A stretch of DNA of 64,000 bases from Eledone cirrhosa (GCA_964016885.1 OZ024742.1:308388001-308452000); one strand, 5' to 3'. Counted from the stretch's first letter, positions 10,256 to 24,839 are shown. Made by a program: numbers and translations. Notes: generated by a model from the letters alone, not told the origin.

Positions 10256-12169
10256 CCAGATATATACAATATTTACATGTCGCAATGATAGATCAGTTTA
10301 TATCTTTCTGTAGATGCAGTCATAAATAAAACTGAATAGTTATATTCTGTAGTAAAGTGTACCATCTATGAATGAAGAATCCCCCCGAGAGACAAAGCAT
10401 GAACTTACTGCAGTTTGCCACGTCGCCATGCTACCGATTACACCAGAGATCAGCCACCAAACGTATGTGTATACAAAGTGTTTAAATGTGTGTTTTTAGA
10501 TAGGTACGTGTTTTTGTATAAATATTAATTACGTGGCCTAGCTAATCAAGCTTAAGTGCATCACAAGTGCATCTTAAGTAAAATTACGTAAGGACGCAGT
10601 CTTTAAACAAAATATTTAATTAGCAATGTGCTATTACTTGGGAGGGGGGATATATTGCAGAAACATTTATTTTGAAATATTCTCTCTGATCCTTAAATGC
10701 ATGAATGGTGGTTTGTTCACGATGCGTGCAGTTAAGTTGCGCAAGCAATCAATTTTGCTGCAGTGCACAACGCTGTGAAAAGAATACCATTTTTTCTGTT
10801 GCGATTATTCAGTTTCTGTTTATATATTTTGTTATCTGTTCATATTTATTATTTTATGATATATATTTTACCATATTTCGATCCATCATTAATTTTCATT
10901 CTGTTCTACTTTATCAGTTCTTAAATGAACGAAAAATATCAACGAAGAACATTGAAGTGTTTTTTTTTCAATCATTACCGTCCTACCCCAACCCCGGCAG
11001 AGATAATATACAAAGTGGGACACAATGTGTGGACAGAAAATCCACTTCAAAAGAATTTTTCTATTTAAATTTTTATTTTTTCTCAGGCAGAATTCCTAAT
11101 TAAAATCAATTGAATTGAATAGTTTTTGTTTCGTTAGCCAAACTGTCTCCTTTTAATATTTTTGATAACATTTTTCCACTTTAGATTGGTAGCAATTTGT
11201 AATTAAAAAAAACGAAAGTTACATTTGATAGGGAGCAGCATACTAATTAACTATAATGGTAGAAGGCAGAACAATTGATACTAGAAGTTATGTGTAGATG
11301 GACCTATAAAGCGTGTGGGCTGAAGTGGAAGATTCATTTTGTTAAATACTTTACGATATATGAATATAATATATGTTCAGCATCATGGGACTCTTACAAT
11401 GATATCGCTTCGATCATCATTTGTACGCTTATTGACACAGGCTTGTGTTTCAATTTTCATGCATCTATTTTTAATAATTGTATTTCTGATAGTTTCATCT
11501 ATGAATAATAAAGTCATGTATATTTGATACTTCACTATCTTTGTAGCAATGCCAGTATACAGAAGTATTGGAATATTGATAGACAACACTGATATCAATG
11601 TAATGATGATCATAATGGTACTTATCATTACTTCTATTGACCATAAATGTGATTTGAGGATAGTACACGGATGAAAAAATAGTAATGGAAAGGCGACATC
11701 AACAAAGGGAAAATGGTAACTACAACAATAACACTAATTGTTATAAATAACAATAATAACAATATAAAACAAAACCAAGTGTCAATTGGGGTCAAATCCC
11801 CTATAGACGGTGGCGTCACTCTGGAGGAAATCTAGGGAAAACTCCGCAACAAACATTGGATTACTCTGCCAATCTCACCGCTCTCACTCTTCATTCATGA
11901 AAAACACTAGAAGACAGCACCTACCTCTCTCACCTCACCTTGATCTTCTGAATAAGTTGAGGAGAGGAATGTATCTGTGTTCAAAGATTTTAGACGTTTA
12001 TGACCTAAAAGTTCATTTACCATAGCGACCAGACAAAGGAGGACCTTTCTCGCTTCCCTTTTAAAGGTTTAATTTTCACTATAACTAGATGTGTCCTATA
12101 TGAGATAGCAACTATTCCACTAAAGGCTACTAGTCAGCAATACACGGACACCGGATTATAACATCAAAC

Positions 12170-12760
12170 CTTAAGGATTGGTTCGTTACTCTCAGACATA
12201 TATATGTAAACAGCTCTTCTCCTTCTGAACACAAACCTCTACGCTGATAAAACCTCTCCCGCTTTTAGATCTCTTCAAGTTCAGTCAATCAACATCACCT
12301 TTCTTATGAAACATACTGTAGGTAGTCATTAATTTCCTTGTCTTTCTGTACAGTTCTTTCTGCTTGTTTACATTCCATATAAGAATCCCTGCACTATATC
12401 TAATGATAGACACAGTTCGGGAATTTATTGCACTTATGGCATTCCTACTATTGAAATGTGATTTTAGTATTTGTCTTACTCTCCTTATGTAATCAGATCT
12501 TATCATCCCCTTCATTTTATTGTCCTTGATGTTATCTGCCTCGAAAACACCCAATTACCAATATCCTTTTTCGGTATCGATCTCTTTTATCTCACCATCC
12601 GTTTGTATCTCGATTCCTGTGCTTCCCTTCCTACCCCTCCTCATCACCAGGACTCCACACTTATTAACATCAAATTCAACACAAATATTATTGGTGAAAC
12701 TAAACTACAAAAGTACATATAACTCCTTCCAGCTTTTCCCGATATTCTCCAAAGGTTTCG
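12170..12760 (-). mobile_element. Degenerate non-LTR RT fragment, R4/Dong-like
   Basis: LGVFEAD..YIRRVRQILKS..NAISAINS..IIRYSAG..RKTRKLMT..HKKGDVD resembles the R4-clade RT thumb region. Confidence 0.7.
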
Positions 12761-14280
12761 ATCAATTTTGTTGGAATTATCTCTCTTTCTTTTTGGTTTT
12801 AGATTTTGACAACGCTAGAGATTATCGTTCGGGTAATCTTATTTGTACGATGTTTTCCCGCAAAAACTATAATTCCATAAGACTTTGCCTGTAATACACT
12901 TTAACACAGTATTGATATTTCTATAACTTTATAAATGTTAAAAGAGATGTACATAGGTGTGTAATTGATTTCGTATTCATATTTTCTCATTCTTTCATTG
13001 TGTAGTTTTTGTTGTTTTTCATTTCCTCGTTATGAAATAAGTGAGGAGAAGGACAATACGATCATTAATGTCTATCACGCACAGCTTTGAAACAATGCGA
13101 AGAAGTGACAGGAAATGTGTGGAATATTAATGTAGCAGATCTCCAAAGGCAAGAATAATTGTCTAATTTAGTCATGTATTAAAGTGTAAGTCAGTTCATT
13201 TCTATAACATTGTTTGATTCAATGATCCGCAGAAGAATGCCATCAAAAGATTAAAGGACCTTATTATCTTACAGAATAATTTTCAGGATTTGTGGCCAGA
13301 AATCGATTATAAATCTTGACAATCGATGACTATTTATATATTAAATTAACGGATGTTTATTAGACTGGAATAATTATATGAACATTTCTTTAATTAAAAT
13401 AGTCTGATGAATGTGAGTCAGTAACATATAAGTATATTAACCTCGATGACCCCAATTCTAAGAAATCAGTCCGGCGTTTTGGCAGTGATGTCGAATCGTT
13501 TAAAATTGTCCAAGAAGAAGAATTTTATGTTAATGTCCCATAATCAAAATGGCATCTCAAAATGTATATAATTTTACATTTTATTCTACCTAACGGCCAA
13601 AACAGAATTATTATTATCATTATTATTATTATTATTATTATTCATATTCTTAGAAATGTCGTGCGGGCAGAGATTTCAGACATACTCAGAGTCCTACCAG
13701 AAGCAACCGTTTCCAAATGATCCGCTGGCTCTCCAGGGGATTCCACTTGAGCTCATGGATGTTGTTCTACAATCTTGCTCGAGGGTTACATCTGGGTCAC
13801 CTACAGGCTGGCGTAGCCCGTAACATCTATCCAGTGGTTCTTTCTTTAGTCATCCTAAACACATGTGCGTAGTATCAGAGCTGTGAACTATCGATTTAGA
13901 GAAGTAGCGGCTCTATCTAGAGTGATTCCTTGATTCCTGAGCTACATACATATTCTATCGAATAAGTTTACCCAAAAGAATCTTCGGATGAACCCTATAT
14001 CAGCCGCCAGTATATGACCATGAGTAAGGATAACTACGAACACCGAAATGCAAGTTTGGTGTTTTCATTTGTTGAGCGAGTGCTGTAGTTGCACCAGCTC
14101 CAGTAATTCTTACATTTAAGCAAGCCTCCTGCCTTCTTATCACTCGTAAAACAGATATTTTCAGATACCTAGAATAGATTTTTACCTTCTTAACAAGAAG
14201 AAACATGCCCACGAAATATTAAATTCTCAGCCTGAAGTTTTACTTTTATTTGAGTAGCGAATACATAAGACAAAGTTAAC

Positions 14281-14395
14281 CTCAAATCCCGTCGAGGTTA
14301 ACTTTGCCTTTCATCCTTAAGGGGTCGATAAAATAAAGTACCAGTAATGTACTGGAGTAATCACTGGCATTGTGCCAAAAGTAGAAACAATTATT
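14281..14395 (+). mobile_element. 5'-truncated tRNA-derived SINE, family 1
   Basis: Core gcctttcatcctt..ggggtcgataaaataaagtaccag and tail gtagaaacaatt. Confidence 0.85.
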
Positions 14396-14654
14396 AATAT
14401 AGGTTGAGGCTAAATGTAAAATGAATACAGTGTTGGGAGCACCTAATACGTTTAGGAATAGTGTAGATTTTATTGCCTCAGTAGAAGTATGCCGGCACCC
14501 ATTACACGGTGCGAGTAGATGAAGCGACAAAGCAGATGATTCGAAATCACCAACACTTTTCTATTTAATAAATTATATATATATAGAAAAAAAGATGAAA
14601 TCGAAAATGCAACTGGTGTCTTATTTTTTTTTAAATATATAAATTTATTTGGTT

Positions 14655-14692
14655 CCTTTACCGGTTTCGCAGTTCTTCTGCTTTTCAAAAGT
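14655..14692 (-). ncRNA. Decayed minimal hammerhead ribozyme motif
   Basis: ttgaaaa-gcag-aagaa-ctgc-GAAA-ccgg-TA; first core box has two mismatches to CUGANGA. Confidence 0.4.
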
Positions 14693-15264
14693 AGAGTTGA
14701 GATGGGGGGTCTGTGGTTTTTCTCATAGCTCTGATACTACGCACATGTGTTTAGGATGACTAAAAAAAGAACCACTGGATAGATGTTACGGGCTACGCCA
14801 GCTTGTAGGTGACCCAGATGTAACCCTCGAGCAAGACACATACATATATATATAAATATGTGTGTGTGTGCGTCTAATACATATATATATATGTATATAT
14901 TACACGCATGTGTGTGTTTGTGTGTGTGTGTGAGGGTGTGTGTCCGGCCGTGTGTGAAAGCTGCTTGACGGTAAGGTATTCTTGTTTATATATAAACCAA
15001 TTGAATTCTCTTAGTTTAACCAGAAACATTAATAAATGGACATTGCTGTTATTTCCTGTCATTATTTTAATTGGATTTAACCATTCCTATATGTTAAAAG
15101 GATTCAATTAACGTTTATTGATTAATTCACCACCACGCCTCGTAACGTTAACAAGTGAGTGCTACATATCCTGTTTGGAATAACTAATGAACATGCTTGA
15201 CATATCAACAATTTTTACAAGGATTAACATTTTCCCTGCGTATCTATGAGATTTGTATATAAAT

Positions 15265-15480
15265 GGTTTCTAATTTCGGCACAAGTTCAGCAATTTGGAA
15301 GGTCGGGAACGTTGATTATATTGACCCCAGTATTCGACTGGTACTTTTTCTTTTTTACGTCGAAAGAATGAGAGGCAATGTATACCTGAGCTGTATTTTA
15401 CATCAGAAAGTAAAGCGCGGGGACAGACATTGTTAAGCATTTGAATGAAGGCTCTAATAACTCTGACAGTTCGCTGGACT
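15265..15480 (-). mobile_element. Degenerate SINE, family 1
   Basis: Recognisable core and tail remnants. Confidence 0.6.
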
Positions 15481-15669
15481 TAGAACTATCTCTCCCTGAC
15501 TAAAAATATTGAAGCAAGAAATATATTTTTTATATTATATGCTAAATACTTAAAGCGTGATAAGAGTTAATAGGCACTAATACATTAAAATGTCATACCA
15601 GATTAATAGGTGAAGATAAATATTTTGGTAACTCATCAATATAAATAATAATGTGTGTGTATGTATGTA

Positions 15670-15705
<36 letters not shown>

Positions 15706-15714
15706 TACATACAT

Positions 15715-15753
<39 letters not shown>

Positions 15754-15925
15754 AAATTAAGATAAATCAAAGTGAATTTAATCTAAATCAAAATTAAATC
15801 ATATTATAAGGTATCTATTTTTGAAGTTCTAGTTACCTACCTAGCTATGTGTGCTTACACACTTGTAAAGATTATCTCTTGTGATTATTCATATGTTTAT
15901 TTATATGTTAATCAATTTCTAGTTG

Positions 15926-16126
<201 letters not shown>

Positions 16127-16254
16127 CCTGGTTGGGTTGCAGATTTAGTTGCCAACGATATATATATATGTAGAGTGCTCTTGATAAACATTTAGTTCAG
16201 ATCAACCTGCCACATGATTAGGTCGTTGGCAACTAAATCTGCAACCCAACCAGG
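16127..16254. repeat. Perfect 32-bp inverted repeat (16127-16158 / 16223-16254)
   Basis: cctggttgggttgcagatttagttgccaacga and its reverse complement. Confidence 0.9.
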
Positions 16255-18555
16255 ATTCCGCTGTGAGGAGAGTAATTTTGGTTTATCGTGCGGGGTGAAA
16301 ATAATCAAAATCCATCACTGGACGAGATTCAAAATCCATGCCATTGTTTGTACCTATTTATATATATTTTATGCAGAGCTATATATTCGTGGGTATAGAT
16401 ATATGCGAGAAGGCAAGGAAAAACTCAGCTTGGTGCCCGAGCACAGAGTTAGCTGACCTGAGAAGAGAGACCGCTGGTCATTGTTAGGGCATCATTCTAG
16501 GAGAAGGAAAAAGCTGATGTAGACTCGATGGCAGCCAATGATGTTGACCTGTTCTTCTTTCTGGATACCAGCTATCGCTGTGAACTGAGTGGGATTAATC
16601 CAGTACAAGTACTTAGAACGCTGGGCAATATCCATTGTGGTAATATTTCTGTAAAAATGTTTTCTGAAGTCCTGTATATTTAGCCCACTGGGTGGTCTCT
16701 TCTTTGAAATACACGAGTGAAGTTAATAGGAAGCTATTTTTGTATTCTCTCAGGAAAATTAAGGAATCATGCAGCACCTTTCAATGAAATGACATGTGAC
16801 CTGTGATGAATCATGTGATGAGAAAAAATTGAGGTGTCTAGAGTCTATAACCACTAATCATCCGCATTTCCTATAGATATCTTGATGTGATTATTTTAAT
16901 TTCACCAAAACAGAGTTACGGGGCTTATTTGGTATGTCAGGTTAAGTTTGTAGCCCCAACTTCGGATCTAAATAAATCATCATTAAAGTAACTCGCTGCT
17001 ATTGACAGTCCTCCATTCTAGGTTGGAGAAACTGTATCATTAATGGCTTTCTGGTGGGTAAATACAAAGTATTTTACTTTGTTCCTGAAAAATTCACATT
17101 ACTTCTCCAAAAATCCACATTACAAAAATCTACATTACTTCTCTTAATGAGTATCCTGTTGGTCGGTAAAGGTTCATGGCTAGTGATATATTTTGATAGA
17201 TATTTTATCCGCTAAACGCCGAATAATTCATGAGTTAAATGTTACCTCTATTGATTCTAATGTTTCACGAATCATTGTATTCAATTCTGTAATGATTTAA
17301 ATTACAGTGGAAGACAGAATCGGTAGAGTCACAGACAATAGTTCTTGTGGCATTTAATTTCGCCCTTAACGTTCTAAATCTAAATCTCTGCGATAACAAT
17401 TTCCTTGTCATCTTTCTAGCACCGATACAATAATTACTTTTAATCAATCATTTCCTTCCACGAAAATGAGCGGCCGTCTACCTTAGTTGAAAATCAACAT
17501 TATTATATCGATCCGTGAATATTATAGCTGCAATAGCGTTAAAAGTGTAGACCAATTAATGTTTATTGTTTCCCATCCTGCTACCCTCAAATAAAAAAAT
17601 TACGGAAACATTTCGAAACTGAAGTTCTTGGTAATAATTGGAGTTTTTTACATCTTGCAAATTAATTCACTTGGGTCTACGCCAATGTTATTCTACTTGA
17701 ATTGTTTGCAACAAGCCAGCAAGCAGCCGGATATTTTTCTAGTGTTCTAGATATTCATTATAACTTTAACCTGGTTAACTAACGAAATACACATGTTTTA
17801 CAGTACATTAGTCCGATAGATGTGTGAACTGTAGGTAGATATGACGCCTATTTAGAGCTAGGTGAACTGGGTCAAAAAGTATTAATGGCTTTGACAATAG
17901 ACACGCTAAAATGTATTTACATAACTTGAAACGCAATACAAATTATGTATATTTTAGAACCTTGTGATTATATAGAGTAATATTTACTAATATATCATTT
18001 GAATAAATACTTGTTATAGATTAGATTCAATATTGGAAGCTTGCGATAAGTTCAGTAAATGAATTTTGATTTCTCTAATCACTTGATTGGAAAATATACT
18101 GCAGTCAAATTATTGGTTATAGTTTTATTTCGACATATCTGAGATAATTTCCGAGTTATGTGTCCATAATTATTTCATTGATTCGAGAGGAATCAACAAA
18201 TTCAATAAATGTCGAACTTCACTTCCAATCAGGTATTAATGATCTCGGCTGAAGAAATTCACTATATAGCAATAGACTGGTATGTGTTGTGTGTTCTAGG
18301 ACAAAACTAAAGACACACATTTCGGCTAAATCCCTTCCTTGGAGAGGACTTGTCTGAAAGATAGGGTGCTGTAGTGGAATCGACACAAAATTATACGGAA
18401 CTGAAATGAAATAAAAACATTTATTTAGCTTAACAGAAATTTTATTTCCAACTAATGACGGTTGATGACTTTTCTTGAAGCAAGAAGTCGCCATATTTTC
18501 CGAAAAAAGGAAATGAGTGTACATAGAAAATATTCATCTATAAAGGTTAACATTA

Positions 18556-20477
18556 GTGCAAATTATATTAAATATCTTCATTACGGGAATTGAATTATGG
18601 CTCCGATCTTGTCGTTTGGACGCAGATAAAACAGTGATCGATAACCTCATCCATGAAGAGAAGAAGCGAATTGAACGAAATCGCCAGATATTGAGGCGAT
18701 TGCTTGATTGTACGTTATTTCTCGCAAAACAAGGCCTGGCCCTCATAGGTCACAGGGAATATGCTGGACTTGGCGCCAAATCAGAAAATGGAGGAAACTT
18801 TATTAAATTGTTGAAATTGATGGTCAAGTATGATACGATCTTGGAAAGCCATTTATTCTCGCCTGGGCGCACTAAAAGACAGCCTATGTACTTAAGTCCA
18901 AAATTACAAAACGAATTCATAGAATGCCTGGCAAACGAATGTACTCAACAAATAATCACGGAAGTGAAAGCGGCAAAATACTATTCAGTCATCGTCGATT
19001 CCACAATAGACATTTCGCATCAGGATCAATGCTCTGTGTCACTGCGATATGTATCGAAAAGTGGCCACGCACAGGAGCATTTGCTGTCGTTTTGTAAACT
19101 AGAATCAGCAGCCACTGAATAATTTTACCAAACTCTTGTGAAAGTTCTTTTCCAGGATCTATCCTTGGATGCTCAATATATTAGGGGACAAGCTTACGAC
19201 GGAGCGTCGAATATGTCCTGCCATATTTCTGGGCTTCAGGCTAGAGTTAATGAGAGATGCTCTTCGAAAGCTGTTTACGTCCATTGTTGCGCTCATAACC
19301 TGAACCTAGTGTTAGTCAATGCTAGCCAATCGTCAGTGGATGGTAAATTATTTTTTGGTATACTGGAGAGCCTGTATGTTTTCTTAACATCAAGCTTGCC
19401 AAGGCTGAAAATCCTCGAAGAAGAAGAAAAACTTCAACGGTATTAACATTAAAAACACTCTCAGAAACGTGCTGGTTTAGTCACATTCAGGCTGTAGAGG
19501 CTACCATTAACAACTTACCGGCAGTAATACGTGCACTAGAGAGGATAATAAGTGGGGATGTTCACAACACTGCTCCGAAAGTATTAGCCGAGGCCAGAGG
19601 TTTGCTACTAAATGTGAGCAAGTTTGAATTCATTTTCATGTTGAAGTTTTTTCAGAATTTACTTAAAAAGCTGCATTCTGTTTCACAATATTTGCAGAAG
19701 GAGGCTATCGACTTATATTCCGCGGATGTCATGATTAAAAATGTAGTAAAAGAAATTGACGACATCCGCTCAAATGAATATTTTGACCGAACATTATCAG
19801 ACGCTGAAAATCTCGCCAAGCAATGTCAAGTTCAACCAGAGTTTACAACAGAAAAACGAAAAAGAAAAAAGAAGCGTTTTTATGACAAAAATGCCAGTGA
19901 CGAACCTCATGAGACGATGAGTCAGCATTTTAAATGGAACGTTTATTTCACTATCTTAGATAGAATCATTAGTAGCTTTAACGAACGTTTTGCCGACTTG
20001 CACGATTTAGTCAAGGATTGTTCGTACTTGTTGCCGGCGCACTTCGACGACGACGACACATGCAATAGAGAGAGAATCGATAATCTTGTGAAATTCTACG
20101 AGGGTGACATCGAAAATGACACTATCTTCGACGAGTATTTATCATTCAAAGATTTTTACAAGGAAGTGTGTTTAGATAAATCCATATCGTGTTCTGAGAT
20201 CGTTCCGTTTATGATTTCTAATGACTTAGATAGAGCCTATCCGAACGTGTTTGCCTTATACAAAATGTTCATAACTATTCCGGTTAGCTCGGCGCAGGCA
20301 GAGCGAACCTTCAGCAGGCTCAAACTGATAAAGAATTATTTGCGTAGTACCATGAGTGAAGAGCGGTTGAATGCTCTGGCAATGATGTACATAGAGCGAG
20401 AACTGGCTGAAAAAATTGACTTCAGCATCGTGATTGAAACATTTTCTAAAGTAAAACATCGCAAATTAGAACTGTAG
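18556..20477 (+). pseudogene. hAT transposase (ZMYM1-like/DUF4371 + dimerization domain) with one stop and one frameshift
   Basis: LAKQGLALIGHRE, YYSVIVDSTIDISHQDQ, GQAYDGASNM, YVHCCAHNLNL, PVSSAQAERTFSRLKLIKNYLRSTM. Confidence 0.9.
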
Positions 20478-20817
20478 AACAAGTGATGTGCTCGAATGTG
20501 AAAGTAAAGTTTTAGATGGACGATTTGTTGTACATACGAATTTTTGTTGGTCAATAATCGATTGCAAAACTAGTTTTATTGGATGTTGTTTTTTTTTCTG
20601 AAGATAGACCACCGTCTTCGCAGTTAATAAATGTTTTCACGGAACATGCTAACTCTGTAATCTATGATGCTGTCTACTCTATTATAAATTATTATCTATT
20701 CTATATGCGTGTTTGAACATATTTCCTTGCAGCCGATGGAAATGAGCGTATGGAATTGGTGGGCCCCCTTTAGATCGAATTTGCCCCTCCTGGCTTTAAA
20801 AGCTAGTTACGCTACTG
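18556..20817 (+). mobile_element. hAT DNA transposon, decayed; right TIR present, left end not found
   Basis: Transposase remnant followed by terminus ...ctagttacgctactg (reverse complement CAGTAGCGTAACTAG, hAT-like). Confidence 0.8.
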
Positions 20818-21139
20818 CCAAGAGACTGATTGTTTCTTGATCTACTTTGATCGAAATTTATTTGAAATTATATGTTTTTATATATTACACCGTTCCCCTA
20901 AATACAATCAGAGGGATGTTATGAACTTATTTCAATAGATTAAATGAATGTTCGTCAACACTGGCGTTGCTTAAATTTCTGTCACGACAAATTAATATCG
21001 AGTACACCAAATTATTATTTATATAACATATTCTATTAAAGTCTTATTTCAGGAATACTAAATTGTCGTGTTATCAATTCTTTAGGAGGGTACATTAATG
21101 AATAAAAATTCCAGGATAACTTATTTAGCATATATTCCT

Positions 21140-21142
21140 GTA

Positions 21143-21203
<61 letters not shown>

Positions 21204-21210
21204 CTGCATA

Positions 21211-21285
<75 letters not shown>
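21140..21285 (+). repeat. (TA)n microsatellite
   Basis: Direct reading. Confidence 0.95.
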
Positions 21286-21287
<2 letters not shown>

Positions 21288-21381
21288 CAAATAGTAGAAA
21301 GAGAAAAAACATTTTCTGTAGAAAATTTTGAAGAGATAATTTTGGTGAAATTTCAAAACATTAATCTATTTATTTACAATA

Positions 21382-22880
21382 CCTCAAATTAAGACCTATA
21401 ATAGCAAGTCCCGCTTGTGAAACCCAACACCTAAGCAACTTCCTAGATATCTTGTATAAACCATTCCTGAAACACATTAAAAGCTACATAATAGACGACC
21501 TCGATATACTCAACCACCTCCCCAAAACACTTACTAATGAACATACCCTACTAGTGTATTTTGATGTAGTCAACCTTTATTCCAATATCTCACACAACCT
21601 AGGAATAGAGGCAATCCAATTCTGGTTAGAAAATTACCCAAATGTACACCACATCATAAAAGAATTCGTAATAGAAGGGGTCAAATTCATCTTGGAGAAT
21701 AGCTACTTCGAATTCGATGCCAAATTCTACAGAGAGAAATCCCGGACTGCCGTGGGCACGAAAACGGCCCCTGTTACGCCAACCTCGTTATGGGATACTT
21801 GGAAATCATCCCCTACCGAAAAGTACTAGATAATTACGGAAACCCCTTCTACCCCCACATAGAAAAAAACTCGAAGAGATATCTGGATCATTGCTTCATC
21901 CTCTGGCATGAAGGCATAGAAAGACTTTTTGAATTTAAAACACTTCTAAATGGACTCAACACAAACATTCAATTTACAATGGAATACAGCCACGAACAAC
22001 TTCCTTTTTCGACAACCTTATCAAGAAAACCAACAACAAAATAGAAACAGACATATACTATAAACCAACAGACTCCAAACATTATCTTCCATTCATGCCA
22101 CCCTAGACACACCAAAATGAGCATTCCCTACAACCTAGCCAAAATAATCTGCACAATAGTATCTCATAAATACACATGCTACATACGACTAGAAGAATTA
22201 AAGAACACACTTATTAGCAGGAATTATCCACCATCAACAATGGATTCCAACGGGCCCTAAAGCTCAACATCCAGGAACTTAGACACCCCAAACCAAGGAA
22301 CGAATCAAAATTGAAAACTCTACCATACATCTCCACACACAACCCCCTTAACAATGAGGCATTCGACACCATCCTCCAGAACATTCCATTACTAAAAAGG
22401 GACCTAAGAATGAACCAAATCCTCGAAACACAATATCATAAAGAGCAAAAGACAACCAAAATCAATAAAAAACATCCTTACACAGGCCAAAGTCCAGCCG
22501 ACCCCCACAATGTAAAAAAATACCCTACAGTAAAAAAAATGTGGAAAACCAAACTGTGGTATATGTATCAAGCAATATGTATCAAGCAATATGTTCACTT
22601 CAAGCAAGGACAACACTTTAAAGTTAAGTGCAATTTCACATGTGCATCATAAAACCTGATCTATGTGTTGACCGTCCATAGATTCCAAATCAAAATACGG
22701 GAATACAGAAAGATAGAACTTAGTGAACACATCGCGACCTGCGCATCTAATGGACAACCCAATTTTAGAATTTTCCCATCTACCAATTCAAAGACAACGC
22801 TTCCTACATCCAACGCATTAGCAAGGAATCACAATTTATCGCCAAATACGAACCCCTTCTAAATGCTTTCACTTCGGTCT
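21382..22880 (+). mobile_element. Penelope-like element fragment (RT + GIY-YIG region), frameshifted
   Basis: LRPIIAS, FDVVNLYSNI, RYLDHCF, YYKPTDS, NFTCAS..NLIYVL. Confidence 0.85.
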
Positions 22881-23183
22881 AAACCAAAGCTGGCACACTT
22901 TAAAATCAACACGCTAGACATATTATCCCTTTAGCAATTTATCCTTCTCCAAGATTTCAGCAACCTCTGACAACTATATAATTCAGACCAAGCAACCACA
23001 TAGTAACACCCACATCAGCAAGTCCTGGATGACCTCCACGAAGATAATCGGATAAATGGAAACATTCAGGTGCCAAACTAAATCCTTTACATTCCCCTGA
23101 ATCTGGAAGCCCCTCTTTGTAGCAAAATTTTCTCAATCCCTCTAAATCTCAAATTCCTCCTAGGGATGGAATTAATATTTCAA

Positions 23184-23272
23184 TCTAAACTATATTAAAG
23201 TAAGGACTGCGGGACTGCGTACGGTTTATTTCTTTTAATCCAGTTAGTAAAATAAATTGGATTACTTTGAAA
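23184..23272 (+). mobile_element. 5' part of non-autonomous Helitron family A, interrupted by a SINE (resumes ~23688-23790)
   Basis: TCTAAACTATATTAAAG..gggactgcgtacgg start shared with the copies at 24184-24618, 45095-45564 and 46051-46505. Confidence 0.65.
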
Positions 23273-23458
23273 TAATTGTTTCTACTTTAGGCACAAGGCC
23301 AACAATTACCCAGTTCATTACTGGTACTTTATTTTATCGACCCCGTAAGGAGGAAAGGCAAAGTCAACCTCGGCGGGATTTGAACTCAGATCGTAAAGGG
23401 ACGTAACTATGCTGAAAAGCATGGCGTCCGACCCTCTACCGATACTGCCAATCCACCG
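23273..23458 (-). mobile_element. Full-length tRNA-derived SINE, family 1
   Basis: A box tggcagtatcggta, B box gagttcaaatccc, conserved core. Confidence 0.9.
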
Positions 23459-23494
<36 letters not shown>

Positions 23495-23649
23495 AGCAAT
23501 TGTTTGTTGGTCGGGATGGTGTTGTGGTGTTGATTCGTTTGTTGAGTGCGTGCTCACTTGTAGCTTGCTGTGTTGTGTAGTCACTGTTGTGTGATACAGT
23601 GTGATCAGAGGCTGGTTAAGAGAGGACCAAGAGATAGAGGTTGAGTGAA

Positions 23650-23683
<34 letters not shown>

Positions 23684-24183
23684 TAAAATGAATGAATATT
23701 ACATAATTTCTGTACTAAATTTCGTAAACATAAATAATTTCGTTAAAATAAATAATTTAAAATTGACTTGTTTTCAAAGTTGCACTTCCGGTCGATCTCG
23801 CCACCACCACCACTTCAACTACCATATATATAGAAAGAGAGAATGTGTGATGAGAGTGATAGAGAGATTATGATTTTCTACACGCTGACGCGTATGAGTG
23901 TGCACATTCATACATCTATATGTATGAGTATATAACTATAATCACGCAAACACAAACTTATAAAAGTACATACTTACGGACATAATTCACATAAATACAC
24001 ATACATTCACACATACTTTCACACAAACGTACATACATGCACACATCCATTTACACAAACACACACATACAGTCATGATAGCGTTCGATTTAATTGGAAT
24101 TGGGACGGTAAATACAAGTATAACGTTTTATTTATTTATTAACTCTTTATTTATTAACTCTTTATTAAACTCATTTAATATAA

Positions 24184-24618
24184 CTAGCAGAAAAACCACC
24201 CTGCAAGTATATATGCATGTAGATATGATACATCAAATAAAATCGTAATTGACAATATACACAGAAATTGAACGAAGACTATGTTACACTGTCTTATGTA
24301 ATCAGTAACATAATCCATGATACATTAAAAAAAGACTATATTATATATAAACTGTATTAGGACAAAATTAGTGACAGAAAAATATGAATATTTATTTAAA
24401 CAATCACTAACCGGAGGTGTTGACATTTTAACATTTTAAAGAAGTGAATCTTTAAATAAGAAATAAAATATATTTAATGAACAGCCCCGAAATTTAGTAG
24501 ATAAATTATGTAATATTCATTAATTATTTATTCAAAGTAATCCAACTTATTTTACTAAGTGGGTAAAAAATTATAAACCGTACGCAGTCCCGCGCTTCTT
24601 ACTTTATTGTAGTTTAGA
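24184..24618 (-). mobile_element. Non-autonomous Helitron family A
   Basis: Minus strand begins TCTAAACTACAATAAAG and ends ggtggtttttctgCTAG. Confidence 0.75.
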
Positions 24619-24839
24619 CGATTATAGAACGAAAACACTAACAAATATAATATATACAAGGGAAAGGGATAGGAAAAAAAGAAAGAGAAAAAATACACAA
24701 GCAGGTAATACACACATCTTAGACCACAGAACAATATGCAGGCGAAAAAATGGAAAAAGCGAGCCGCTACCAGAGCAATAGATAGCAATATAGCTAGGAG
24801 CACTGGTAAACCTCTCTAATAATTTTTGAGGCAAGCCAG

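Larger units (their letters stand above)
13773..14836. repeat. 114-bp inverted repeat pair (13773-13886 / 14723-14836)
   Basis: Near-identical reverse complements. Confidence 0.9.

Noticed and set aside
17531-17545. caatagcgttaaaag as the left hAT TIR
   Set aside because: Too many mismatches and no matching 8-bp TSD
23273-23458. tRNA genes at SINE heads
   Set aside because: A and B boxes are present but there is no cloverleaf, and the sequence continues into the SINE core
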